Source: Oculina patagonica (taxonomy: Eukaryota). Taken from it: a stretch of 64,000 nucleotides of DNA. Positions 12,601 through 25,671 of the stretch are shown piece by piece. Under the pieces are notes generated by a model that saw nothing but the letters and a program-made list of their open reading frames with translations, did no database searches and was not told where the DNA came from. The stretch lies in assembly GCF_052425735.1 (NCBI RefSeq), contig NC_135759.1, positions 21,204,001 through 21,268,000 on the forward strand, in the 5' to 3' direction. How positions within the stretch are numbered: position 1 is the first letter of the stretch; the number at the start of each line of letters is the position of its first letter. The position numbers and the translations under genes are program-made.

Positions 12601-15600
12601 CTTAGGTGTACTGAAAATTTGTGAAGCAGCACAAGAACTCCATTTACTAGCCAGTCGAAGCAAAACTCCGAATATCGGATACAATGAGATACTAACACAC
12701 TAAAAACTCGATGAAGGAGTATTGAATCATACACTACGTATTTGAATCAAGACACTTTACACTTGACGTTAGTTTTCCCAGCCTTTGTAAAGTACTTTGA
12801 GGAGAAATTTAACTTTGATCACTTTAATTTTGAGTTCAGCTGTCTTTTTATTATTCTATGTAGAAGAAAGAAACGGTGAATGATACGATGCCAAGACACA
12901 AAAAGCTTTTGCGTAAACCTTGCCGCGAAGAAAATAAACTTGGCGATATCTAAACTAACTGTCAATGTTTTGAAAGGATTTTTGTTCATTTTACCTTGCC
13001 TTGTGAAATGTTTCAGACAATGAAGCAATCCTACCCTTGAAGGGTATATACAGTTGTAAAATACAACATATTTTGTTTTTGGAGCAACAAATTCCAGGGA
13101 TAAGCTTAACTGTTCCTCAGAATGCGAAGACTTTCGCGGTGTGATCACTCAGATGCATGAAGGTCAAAGAATGTTTGAACATCTGCATTTTAGATATTAT
13201 AAACTTTAACAAAACACACCGAAAAGTAAAGTACCGTACCCCAAAAAACTTAAAATAGCGTTCGGTTATTATTATCATTATAGTGCCCCGGCTTCTTATC
13301 AGAAGATAACATATGTATTTTCTACACGGAAACGTTTTTTTTAGGTTGTTTTGCGAAAACATTAACATAGAGTAAACATAATACAATCAAAACATTGTAA
13401 AAGGTTGTGATGTTATGTGATGTGTCGAGCCAAGATAACTAATCAACAGCACCTTGTAGACTACTTGTTTTTTTTCCTTTCATTTGGCCTCTATTCTAAA
13501 ATTTAATATTATATTAAAAAAAATTATTGATTTTTTTTTTTTTTTTTTTATATTTTTAAATAAAATTTTTTTTTTTTTCGTGCGCCGTGTTCCGCCTCTG
13601 AAAGGAACTAACAGACATTTGCGGTATGCTATATTCAGTTTAGTTGATTACAGCGCTCGAAAATTCTGCTATACGTTTATTTTGAAAATGATTTGGGAGA
13701 AATTAAATTTTGTTTGCCTTTAAATAGATTCTGACATGCCGTACTAGATTGTGCAAATAAACTGATCGCAAATTGAAATTCCATGCCAAGAGACTAGCCC
13801 TTCTTTACTCAGACAATGAAAAGCGACCCATTTATTTAGGTTGGTCAGAACTTCGAGTCGGCTGCTGTTTAACAGTTCTTTCATGCGTTTCTGTTTCTTT
13901 GAATAGATTGCAAAACAAATTATAAAAATTAAAATTATCTTCACGGAGTTCTCAATTTGGGAGGTTTTGGGGACGAGAGGACTCTTTACAGATCAAAAGC
14001 GCCTCTAGGACATCACTGAAGTAATCTTCTTTTTATATTAGTTAACATGTATCAGCGTATACGCCACTATAAAAGTTTTCATGACCCTCCTAAGGACTGG
14101 CACTCTATTCAAAAGTCTTTTAACAAGAGCTTGGTTTCAACTTGACTTCGGCTAGAAGATTTTTTGTTATCTCAGTGATCAAGTTAGCTCACTTGTAGAC
14201 CAAGTTCTGCATTTGGTTCTGCTAACAATAATAAATTCTGGGGTCCTTTCCCATGCTTTGGCTATAGTTCCAGCCAGTAAGAGTATGTTTTATTAGAACC
14301 TAATAAAATAACGCCTATTCTTGCATTGATATATTTTAATCATGGAGCTGATAACAAATGATAAGCTCCTGAGTTTGTTCGTTTGAAATCAGTCAATCCT
14401 CGAAGTATGATCTTGACAAAACTGCGATAAATCCTCTTTACTAGTCAACAACTTTTTTTTTCGCACCCTAATTAAATCAAATTTACAATACAAACAAGAA
14501 TAAAAATCGCTATAAAATGTTGCTATAAATTTATTTTAATAGCCTGAATATGAAAAAATTGGATTTTTGTTTAGACAATCTCCACTCGGAAAATCCATTC
14601 TAAAATAACGTGTATAGTATCTACAGTTGTCGAATGTTTCTCTAAGTGAAATTATCGGCGGACACTTCATTAGAATTGAACTTTGAGGGGGGTTTCATTA
14701 GGGAACATAAATCAAAATCTGAGTGTCTTGCAATTGACGTTTATATTAAACGTAACAGACAGGCTTAGCATTCCTGCACACTTAGAACCCAATTCAGTTA
14801 ACTTGTGACTTTAGAGTGACCTGCTCATTAAATAAAATGTATGAACCGTTTCATTTTCTTAAAGAAGTATGAAGTTTGTATGAAGTTCAGAAAGCTGAAA
14901 CGCCGAGCGTATATCGAAACAAAACAAAGGCATTGTGCTTGAAGAGTAAAATAAACTGCGTAAAATTCCAAGTTTTAAAATAAGGGTCACTTATTTTGGT
15001 CCATGGTTTATGGGTGTGGCTGGGAACCTCGATAAAGAAAGCTTCACTTTACAGTGATCATCCGTGAATAACAGGAAAGATTTACAAGATGGGAAGTGAT
15101 CTAGAAGATAATGCTTCTTGTAGTGTGCTCCTCCCTGATGTCGCAAATGAGCGTTAGCAATTATAAACCGATACACCGAGTTTTAAGAGTTTGACAAAAA
15201 CTTCTATGCATTCAAGTCTGAATATTGGCGTGGAATTTTAGAATTAAACTTAAACTGGTTGCAGACGCCAGGTAAAAGTTCCCATGATTTCATACCTGGC
15301 ACTAATAACCTCTTTCTGCTATTACAACTTTTAGAGTGTGGTACTGACAAATGTAAACTTGGACATTTATCTTTTTAATGAAAACTTTATTTTTGCAGTT
15401 ACAAAGCACTAAAAAATCATAATTCTTGGTGGGGGAACTGAGAGGAGACTGACTTGAAGTGATAGGTTTTGGCTTGGGGTGGCAGTTTATTCAGAAATGT
15501 CTTATGGGCGACAAACATTATGTCATTAGATTCTACAGCATCATAGAATTTTGTAAATGAAGTCTGTGTGGCACAATTAGCAGCTAATGGCATTTCAAAA

Positions 15601-18019
15601 CAAACGATCTGAAGGAAAATCCACCTTGATGGATAAGTGATGGAAATACGTCATCCAAATTTCAGACCACAACACACAACAGATGACAACATTTTTTTTT
15701 TTCACTAGTTTTTGCCAAAGATCACGAATGTTTAACTGCGTCTCTAGTCTGAAGAAATCTTTGCAACCTGCTGCTGGCGAACCTTATCGCTGCTTGGTCT
15801 TGATTCCTTATAACTCGGCTTAGGCTGCACTGATTTTCTCGAAGGGAATAGGCAGTTGAAGTGAAAACTGCGTGTGGTCTTAAGGTTTCGTGAGAAATTG
15901 CGGTAGTTTATCGATGACGCCCATTGAATTCATCCCATGTTAATTTAAGTTCCAAGGTGGGGCCTCTTAGCTCGGTTTTGATCTTTCATCATTGTCCTCT
16001 TGCGGCTAACCAATTGACGCAATGTTTTTGAAAGAGGGAAAAAACGTACGTGGATTGGACACTTGTTGTTGGAGTGGTGAATGTTACCTGTTTTTTAATG
16101 TCTCAGTTTAAGTCGTGGCCGGCCTGAGCTACTCGAAGTAAGAGCTAATAAAAGAGCAACGGTCTTGTGTCTGGTTTCTACATATTTCCAAAAGTACTAG
16201 TTGAGAGATTTTCAATTATCAGTATCTTCTTTCTTGATTAGTTTTGGTATATCCTCTTGACCCGTCTACAATCGATCATCGTTTTTAGGGGCTGAAACGG
16301 GAAATGCACACGCCGGCGCAAATTTGACGGTAAGAGACATATCTTTACCAAGTTGTTGTTTGTAACAGAAAGTTCAAGTTAACTTCATTTTGTCTATTTT
16401 TAACTGAGTTTGAGAACTTCTTCTTTAGGGATATATTCAGAGAAAAGAAAGCGATATGCTTTGTAGGAGTTTATGACTGTTTAGTGGCATGCCGAATCAT
16501 ACGCTTAGCAAACGATATGCCATCAATTTTTGGTTTGTAATACTAAAACTGATGTTAAAAAAAAGATCCTCGACCCTCAACCCTAGAAGCTAACAGCTAT
16601 AAGACAGTCCCTTAAGTCGAGTTACTTGGTCTGAACTACGCCGACGGTGATTTCATTTGTTAACGTTGAGTACTTACTCACCAAAATATGTTTCAGTAAA
16701 TATATAGGCGTAGACAACCAGACCAGATATAAACTGCAAACTGTTGTTTAGAGCAGTGTCTTTACTTTTGCTTTAAACTAAATTCTACATACTGTAGTGA
16801 TATGCATTTATTTTAAAGTTCAGATAATTTTGTAAGGTGCTAGGATTGTCTCCGACTTGATAATTTTCTTTATTCTCAGTTAAAGTTCTGTGTTATTGAC
16901 AATGCGCTGAATGTTCTTCAAGGTCAAGTCCCTGCAATAAGTCCCCTAGTGTGTACCGACGACACAGGTCACCATTGCAGTGGTTAGTTCTGCCTCTTTT
17001 TAGGAAATTACTTCAACACCTGATCGAACTTTATTATGTCCCGACAGGTTCATTCCCGTAAAGTGATACAAAAAGGAAAGCAATTGCAACTGACTTCAAA
17101 CATCTCCCCAGAAAGCGAAGAACAAACCATGAATGTTCAGATAAAGCAATACGTTTGAGAGAAATTCTAAACGCCGAGACTAGGAATGTGTAAGAACAAT
17201 GAGAAGAATAAGACGTCACGTCTTTTATACACGTCCACACAGTTAAAATAACTTCCAAAACGATATAAAACTATAGTTCGATATATATTTCGCTCTTCGA
17301 GCCTCTTCAGTCGTCCGTCAGTATAAAAATGTTGGAATAGAAAATATTAAATAAATATAAAACACCGTATAAAAACGTTAAAATAGCGTTTGACCCGCAC
17401 TAAAAGTGGGTTTGTAAATTGACAAGCCCGAAGAGTAGTGACTCCGTTTTTCCTCGTAAAGAGATCTTTTTGCCTCGGAAAAATCACTCAGTAGGCTGTA
17501 TACGTATACAAAGGTTAGCTTTGGGTCATGATATAAGGGTGTGCTAAATTGTAAAATTCTCCAAATTTTTTCTCTGTTCAAGGGCTTAAGTATCATGTAT
17601 ATTGTAGGTTATATTTCTCATACATATTTGATGCGAAACGATGCACGCTGTAAAACCGAGATCAGTTTTTCCAAGGAGAAGTTCACATTTGCTGTTATGT
17701 GTATCTTTTTGCTTGCAAAAGCGTATTTTCAAATTCACTGATTAAAGCAAATCAACCACTTTTGGAGGATTTGTGATTTGTAAACCTCGATTCTGTTCTT
17801 AAGAAAATTAGTTGTTAGAATTATAACAAGTGGTAGAAACGGGGACGATTCTTTGCTCACGCCTTTGCAAACTGTACCAGGAGAATATGGGGAAAACAGA
17901 GAGCAGGAAATGCTGTTGAGTTCCCACCTGCTTAATGTTGTCATCACTTAGCTTCTCTTGCCGTCCTTGGATTTGTGAACACGCAACTGCTTATTACCAT
18001 GCAATGCTTAAACCGTTGA

Positions 18020-18680
18020 AATACTTGTAAGAGGAGGTTGGCGATAGATCGGTCACGGGCTCTGCAGACAAGCTGCTGACATAATTTTAAGTTGTTCTTA
18101 GATAGACCCCCAGAGGGAAAAGGAAGACAGGTTGTCCTAAATCTGTCCAGAGACCCTCTCTCCTCCACAGAGGCTCCTGTTGTATTTGGAGTATAGGAGG
18201 TGTAAGTAGGAGAGAGAAAGACCAAGAGGAGGACTGACGAGGCTTGCACCGCGGTCAAACGTCTCAGCCAGCTTTACTTTCCATTTAAGCATGTTTTGTT
18301 GGGATATTGAAGCCCTAGTACGAGCAAGGATTGATTTTTCTCAAGAAATAGTTGCTGAGTGTATGAATAATCCCATTGACCTCAGGTAAAGAGTTTTTGA
18401 CTTTCTAGATGTTTCAGAATCTGAACCAAAGGTGCTCTGGCCCCAGAACTGGCGCCGAGCAAGAGCTTACACGTCCGTCATATCGCAATTTTCAAACACG
18501 AGAACTCTGTTAGTACAGCTCCAAAAAACTTAGTAAACCCTTAGGATACCGGTTATGTATAATCTTTGAATGGGAAAATGGAGACCTTATCTTTGCAGTA
18601 CTTTTCTATTTTTTGATGTTTCTGTCGTTTGACCGCGATGGACTGACGAGGCAGACTTCAGCTGAAACCCTCAGCTGGGG
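18020..18680 (+). mobile_element. Decayed Penelope-like retroelement fragments
   Basis: Peptide VVLNLSRDPLSSTEAPV from 18131 resembles the PLE N-terminal V-x-N-L-S-x3-L-(S/T)-x2-E motif. Two GGACTGACGAGGC copies (18231, 18640) carry the hammerhead core CTGACGA. Confidence 0.4.
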
Positions 18681-20765
18681 CTACATTAGGCTGCATGGAT
18701 TTCGAAGGACTGGCTGACAAGAATGTAGAGTCCTTTAGCTTGTTTCTCCCATATGCACCACTGAAGGTGCATAGAGGAATGGTAGTAATAATAATAATGC
18801 ACAAGAATAAAGATGATGACGACAATAATATTATTTTAATTTTTGTATGAAAAATATTTTAAACTGTTAGTGCCAGAAAATATGCCTCCTTTGGCTTTCT
18901 CTAGCTTGGTATGAGTTGTGCCCCGCTAGCAAAGAATATTTCTGAACGCTGATTTTTGGAAAACAAAATAGCAGCTCTAATCTGGACTATACTCTTAATT
19001 AGTGGTACGAAACAACTTCAGAAAGCCCCTTAGTTCTGAGTAAGGTTTAGTTCCCTGTAGTAGTTCGCACAAGGGAGTATGATTTTCATGATAATTACAA
19101 ATTTGGGAATGATGAAAACAGTCTTCCATCTATAGCTTTACACCTATGGCTTTACCCGGATATGCCACTGCGTCGCGGGATCAAAATACAGTCAAAGAGT
19201 TTCCGTTCGAGGAGGTTCAACTTACCCAAAACGAACTGTAAATTTGATTGCCAATTTAAGAGCCAAACGTAGTTTGTAGATTTCACAAACGAACGCCTGA
19301 GATAAATTTCTGTGTATTAACTTGTTGGTCTGTAAATGAAGTCATTGCAAATCAGTTATGACTTATTCGAGCAGCACACAGCACTCTGGGATAAAAAAAG
19401 TTGTAAATTAAGTCACGCAATCAGCTGAGCAATTAACAACCACGTGTGGGAGCGAATTTATTTAAATACAAAATCATCACGTTACCTCAATCAAAACTAA
19501 ATAACGAGAACCTCTTTAAACAAATGCATAATAAAAAAAATATCTTGAGCAATTAATGAAACTTACTCTTGACAGTTAAACAAATTTCATTGGCTACAGC
19601 CCTATTCTTTTAACAGGCTAGACATTTCTATGCAATTTTGAGCAAATAGCACTGTCCTAAAAATAGCAGAGCCAGAGAGAGAATAACATGAGTGTCAAAT
19701 AATCGTCGGCCTCAAGTTGCTGCCTTTGCACTGATGGGTAATCTTAGCCAGCAGATTACAAAGTTATTCGATGTTGGTATTTTATTCTTGTAAATACTAG
19801 ACCGTCAAAAAACGGTTTAAGTTTTAATTAGCTTAGACAAAAATCTTACACACGCAAGTGAGAAAATTTCTTATGTTTATAAATAAACTTATCACGAGTA
19901 AATAAGCTGGTATGTTTTCCTAGAAACCAGCAGCTTAGTCCTCTAAGGATATCGATTGGCCTTGAGTGAGTTTTACAAAGTTTATCATCCCAGCAGGGAT
20001 CTGATTGCACTCTTGTCATTTCACAATGGCTTTGCGTGTGGACACTGTAGGAAAACAGCAGGCAATGCCATCATCATCCTCCAAACGATCATGAAATCAA
20101 TGCACTGGGAAGTTAATTGTGTCTCGGAGGTGCCAAGTTTCATTAAAATTTATACACCTAACGTAAAAAGCTGTGACAGCATTGCATCGAAGATGCCTAA
20201 TTTTCCCATAGAAATTTCCGTAAGTGATATGTTGACACGTTGTTTACGCAGTGATGATACAATAACGCTCATCTACCGCCCCCCTTTCACGCCCACCTTA
20301 ATTCGTTCTTAAACGGGATAATTGAGCCAATCTTTTAATGCTGTGACGTTAGAAGTTGGCGTTCTGAGCTCCGATTTCTCGTCGATATTCGCGCGCGATA
20401 ACGCTGTGCAGTGGAGGCTATGTAAAACGTCGCGGCGTTTTGTGACGACCCAATTGTTCCATTTCTCCGGTGTTGTTTATTTAAGGAACCCAGACATGCC
20501 CACCTACCGCAACTCTAATTGTAAGCGATTACCTTAATTAATTTTGTTATCTGCATATCAAAAATGGTACATACAAACTCTCACCACGTTATAATGGGAC
20601 AAAAACGACACAAAATAGAAAGGCGGCATCCTTGTGGTCGATCACAAAGGCTATAATTGAAAGAAGACCAAGGAGTGTGGGTTTTTGGAATGCTGGACAT
20701 TTTTCTCTGCTCTTCGCTGTGTTTTTCTCGATCGGCCCTTAACTCGCGCTCCTATTTGAGTTAAA

Positions 20766-20818
20766 ATGAACTTGATGTCTTCAGCGACGTTTAAATTTCA
20801 CATGTTGTTATTTTCGCT
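20766..20818 (+). CDS. FGF8: FGF8/17/18-like ligand B, coding exon 1 (MNLMSSATFKFHMLLFS(L))
   Basis: aaaATG; 53 nt; phase-2 GTAAGT donor; signal-peptide-like. A downstream in-frame Met could be the real start. Confidence 0.8.
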
Positions 20819-20977
20819 GTAAGTATAGTGCGGCGGCGATTTGCTTGAAATCTACAATTTGTCGCCTTGATTTCGAATCGAAAGGAACATTTTCGATTGC
20901 ACAGTCGAATTTTGTGCTATTTTCGCCCACGCAAAATCGACTGGTTAAAACATTTAACCTGTGATATCTTTTTATAG

Positions 20978-21017
20978 GATTTGTCGGATTGCCTTCATTT
21001 TGGGAAGAACCCACGAG
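20978..21017 (+). CDS. FGF8: FGF8-like B, coding exon 2 (ICRIAFILGRTHE)
   Basis: Acceptor atctttttatag; 40 nt; donor gtagga; phase 2 to 0. Confidence 0.8.
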
Positions 21018-21108
21018 GTAGGATAACAGAGTAAATTATTTATTGTCTCATTCAAAACACTGTTAACTAGCGTTCGATTAACCACCGTGTGTATAATGCC
21101 AACCGCAG

Positions 21109-21271
21109 GAAAGCTACTTTCGAGATCACGTCAGGGCTGAGAGGAGAAGAAGCGATACGAGGAGTCTACCGTTTCACCGTGAAACGCAGTTGTATTCGAG
21201 GTCCAGTCGAAGCCACCTTCGCATACATGGAAAACGCATCGACGCTCTGGGAAGAGATGGTGACAAATACG
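21109..21271 (+). CDS. FGF8: FGF8-like B, coding exon 3 (ESYFRDHVRAERRRSDTRSLPFHRETQLYSRSSRSHLRIHGKRIDALGRDGDKY)
   Basis: 163 nt; phase 0 to 1; donor gtaagc. FRDHVR resembles FGF8b FTQHVR, and QLYSR is present. The acceptor (ccaaccgcag) has a weak pyrimidine tract. Confidence 0.92.
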
Positions 21272-22629
21272 GTAAGCAAAGCTCTGAGTAATAAACCTAA
21301 GAGTCAACATTTCCAGAAGATAAGCTGATAATTGCCGCGCGCTGTAAAACTCAGTAAGGTAATAACTTGTCAGTAGCTTCGAGTTCTTGCACCGCTATAT
21401 CGCATGAGTGTAGCTGGTTGTTGTTGTTGCTGTCGTTGCCGACTAATTTTAATTGACTTAATTAGTCGCTCGTGAGGAAAGTCTAAAGAGGTTGAGAGTC
21501 AGATAAAAGCTGGTGTTTCCCTTGACATGCTGCAATAAATGGCTTCACACGAGGTAAAGCGATTATATAGTGTTAAGTTGAGTATCATAGCAGCGCATCA
21601 TGCCTTCGTTTTCACACGTTTCACAAGAGGCATTTAATCGGATCGTACCCAAAATATTTCCTATACAATTTTCGAACAATTTACCTCCTAAAGCGTACTT
21701 TTATTTTGCGTGTCAGCTCGGAAGCACTACCTGCATTTATTTCTTCATTCTTCAGGGCTTAAAAGCTCCTGAAGGTACATGGATAGTATTATGCGTAGTT
21801 GCCAGTTCGGAGCGCCAAGTTTGTTTGGTGCGAAAAGCACTTTACTTAACCGCTTCGCCAAGAGCTTAGCATGGATAAATATAAGCGATATTTTAGCGGA
21901 GCAACGTTAAAAGCTAATGCTATCATTAAATTGTAGGAGAAAGTATGCACGCGGTGTTTACAGTTTACTTTATGCTGAGGTAGAACAGGATGCGTAGCTG
22001 ACGACCGAAAACAGTGCACTGTCTTAGAGCGAGCCTTATTAGCGGCAAAAGCCTAATCCCAACAGAAACACTAAGGTCATAACATAAGGCAAGGAATTTA
22101 ATCTATTTATGTCCAGTCAGCGATTGTTTGCGCTAAAGCGGCGCCAGGATATACCGTTGATAGCTTTATGAGATCCCAATCAAGCCTTTTAGTGGAACTC
22201 TGTCAACGTTGGGGGTCTATCGAGCAATAAACCTGCTTGGGCTTTCGCTCGACATTACGTGGGTCTTCTCAAAATGGCGCTTACAATTACAAGAACCATG
22301 CTACGAAAGCAACAGCGCATTCAAAATAAATTTTGCTGGGAATAACACCTACGTTCTTCGTGTAGATAATTTTAATTTCAAGGCATAAAAACAGGGCAAG
22401 AGTCGAAGCGATTATGACTTGACGTCGGAGAGCATGAGGGATTAGAAAGCGTGTTATCTCAAGTTGATAAACTGTAACACGCATCATAAATTAAACTGTG
22501 CTTAGACACAATATGAAAGTTTCCGAAAGAATTTTCTGAATTTATCCTGTGCAAACAAACAAAACGAGGTGTTTGACAAATTAGAAATGGCCGCTAACCG
22601 ATGTCTTCGCGATTCTTTTTTTCTTGCAG

Positions 22630-22736
22630 CAAAGCTTGTCATCGAATCCGACAACTTTGGACGGGTGCGGATTCGTGGAGCCTTAACTAATTACTACTTG
22701 TGCATCAAAAGGAACGCAACGTTGATCGGACGAAAG
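22630..22736 (+). CDS. FGF8: FGF8-like B, coding exon 4 (AKLVIESDNFGRVRIRGALTNYYLCIKRNATLIGRK)
   Basis: Acceptor ttttttcttgcag; 107 nt; donor gtagct; FGF core strands. Confidence 0.95.
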
Positions 22737-23923
22737 GTAGCTCTTATTGCTTATGGTCATTTCATTATTTTATGCGCTCAATGTTTACAGAATGCTGTGT
22801 ATTCTTTGATAATAGGTAGGATTAAAAGCATGGGAATACGGCAAATTTGCATTCAATGCGCGCCCGGAGAGAAAGGGCGTCTTAAAAAAGTATTCGCTCA
22901 CCGAAATTAAGATATTGGTATTTTAAGATTGTTTTTTTCCAAGGTGAAGTTTGAATAAAGAAACGTTTTCATGCACTCATAGCAACGAGAAAGAATTACC
23001 TCGCGTCAAAGATGTGCAGATGTTTGGACATGACTGACACTTTGTCAACATAACCCACGCATGGGAAAATTCTCTGTAGATAGAACAAAAGAGAGTCAAA
23101 GGGATTTCTTGAACATGTCAAAACGTGTATGGCCACCTGAACTTCCAAATTATCTTCTTTACCAATTTAAACTATTGAAGCAACTGTCATACGGTTCCGT
23201 GACAACAAGATTGGTTTTACATGACGTAGAAGTTGAACTGTGTTTGCCAGTGACAGGGTCGGTCAAAGTTTACTCAAACGAGATTTTTTTGGGCTGCTCA
23301 TTACAATAACGTAATTAACGGTTCAAGTCGTAAACAGACTACATCCAAGAGTTGATGAAATTTTGTTCGATTTCCACCTTAATTTAGTCAGTAAAACGCG
23401 GTATTCACATTGTTTTAGCATATTGGCACGACACCTAAAGGATTACATCCTTATCTTACCGATTTCAAAAGTCACAGCCCTCTAATCTTACTTAACTGAT
23501 CCAATAAAAATAGTTGAAAGTTTTTAAACTTAAAAAACACATTAACTTTAAACTTGAAACACGATATCCTCGGTAGATGGGCTGGTTCGGCAGCTATAAC
23601 TTGCAGAAGATCCACCTATGATAAAATGGTTGCGTTCTAGTACAGGGCGTGTTTTAGAATGCTAAAGCGTTCATCTTACATTTTCCAGGTGTTGAATGTT
23701 TTTTTACTTTTTTTGCAAATTCACAGGGCTTTATAAATCGCGATGCAGGAACCAAGTCAAATTGCTCTCGAAAGTTACAATAGTCAACAACAAATGACGG
23801 GCGGTAGAACGAGCCTCAGCGACAAAAGTTACTCAAAAATTCGAAGTGTATTGGAAGATTTACTTATCTCAATTATCTGAATTCTCCGGAATAATTACGT
23901 TACATTTCTGAGAATTTTCATTA

Positions 23924-24540
23924 TGTTCTGAGAACTTGGTGCTATATAAAGTGGACAAGTGTCTCTATGTTCGTCACTGTCTACAAAATGTATTGATAAC
24001 GAAAAGAGAAATTGGATGTTGCTCGTGCCAAAACTACAAGCAATAATTAAACGCGGGTCTTGAATGATTGTCCGTTCATTATTTACTGACTATACGGGGC
24101 GTCGGATGATTTGGGTAAGAAACTGGCGGTGTTTTTGTGTCTGGTGCCCTTCAATTACTACAATAATGCTCGCTCACTGGCAAACACATCCTTTAATGTA
24201 ACCTTCATTCAAATCAGTTTTTATCAGAAAAACATGGGCGTGACCATTGGAATTTTAGGGTGCGTTGGAAATAAATCCGGATCTGATCCAAAACGGATGC
24301 GTCACCTAATGAGACATGATCTGAATACACTCGAGTGGAACTCAGATAACTGAATCGGATAGGATTGATCGTGCGCGGATGGACGAGACGCCCAGCGGTG
24401 TGGAAAAAGGCGCTCTGTAACACGCAACGGAGAGGCGGAGACAACAAACGAAAGGGAAACGAGCGTAGAAGGAGAGAAAACGGGAACAGGCAGAAGCACT
24501 GGTGCCACGGAGGACGAATGTCACGAGTGAAATGCACTGA
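23924..24540 (+). mobile_element. Decayed LTR retrotransposon 5' end (BEL/Pao-like) in FGF8-B intron 4
   Basis: TGTTCTGA...CAGAAAAACA LTR-like unit (23924-24234) with an internal TATATAAA. It is followed by TGGGCGTGACC (a degenerate tRNA-His PBS, TGGTGCCGTGACC) and a stop-interrupted, purine-rich gag-like frame. Confidence 0.35.
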
Positions 24541-24798
24541 TCATTCGCAATCAATCTTCGCACCAGATGCTTAGTCTTCGCCAAAATTGTGCAGTAAGAT
24601 AAAGAAGATCTTTTGCTTGCGTTGTCAGTTAAATTTTTGGCCATTTCCCAGATTTTCAGTTGTCGTCTATTAAGCTAAAACAGTTTGGCCTTCGTTTGCC
24701 AATCTACCAGATGTCCCTTCAAATTTTGTCTGCTTGAGTCAGTTAAAGTATCCGCTTGATCTGTAAGTTCCTGATACAACGTTTGGCCAGAGTTTAGT

Positions 24799-24953
24799 CA
24801 TCCTCGGAGACCCAGGGGCAGTTAGTGGGGGCGGGGGAAAGTCTATACGAGCGAAAAAAAAAATTGTCGAAGAAAAGTCAAGAACGAAAATAATAGCTTT
24901 TGTTCTTGACTTTCCCCCGCCCCCAGCTAACTGCCCCTGGGTCTCTGAGGATG
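24799..24953. mobile_element. 155-bp palindromic MITE
   Basis: TIRs of about 45 bp, CATCCTCGGAGACCCAGGGGCAGTTAG... / ...CTAACTGCCCCTGGGTCTCTGAGGATG, flanked by GT on both sides. Confidence 0.85.
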
Positions 24954-25671
24954 GTCACATTGTTTAAATGTCAGTTTAACGTCTGGAAAGTTAATGCTAA
25001 AACAGTTTGGCAGTGCTGCCTTTATCAATAGCTGAAGGCAGACTGTCGATACGTTCAGTATTTTGTACTGCTTTCCAGTCGTTAAACTTTACATTACATC
25101 CAATGTGTTCATTTAAATTAACGCTGCGTTAGGACATTTTTGTTTTTTCTCTGAGGACGGTGTTCAGTGAAAATTTGGGTTATTTATCGGTTATAATGTT
25201 TTGGCCGGAGAACAATTTCCCTCAAACTCTCTTCTCCTGGCTTTATTTAGTTGAGCCAAGTGTATTGTAAGTTATGAGTTACTGCACCGGGTTTTCTTTT
25301 TTTCTTTTTTGTTTCCCTTTTAAAGTTGTTACTAAGACCTACTAAGCGACATGGCGTTTCTTGCGAACAAACTGTCGCGACGGGTCTCGAAATTTCGCGT
25401 GTTTTGCAATAATTTAATTTAAACAGCACCATATTCCCTCCTATCTTTAAGAGTTATCAAGGAACCCACTGAAAAATTAGTCAGTGTTTCTTACAGACTA
25501 ATAACTCCTGTAAAGCAATTTCAAAATTTAGCGTACTCGCATATGTTTTCCCTGCCTTGATTCGATCTCACAGTTGCTAACAAAACCTCAGTAAACAGAG
25601 CAAGGAAACTATTGAGAAATGGATTAGTGTATAATTAATGAGCGTGTAAAAAAACATTCCCTTTCTTACAG

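Noticed and set aside
12100-12740. Coding-like decayed sequence including MIQCETC (PHD-finger-like start)
   Set aside because: Stop-riddled and the remaining Cys/His ligands are not visible; not enough to call.
21071-21108. Alternative upstream acceptor (ttaactag) for FGF8-B exon 3 as an FGF8 a/b-type isoform
   Set aside because: It would add 38 nt and shift the frame.
24214-24644. Several overlapping ORFs on both strands
   Set aside because: They lie in the GC-rich decayed LTR-like remnant inside FGF8-B intron 4.
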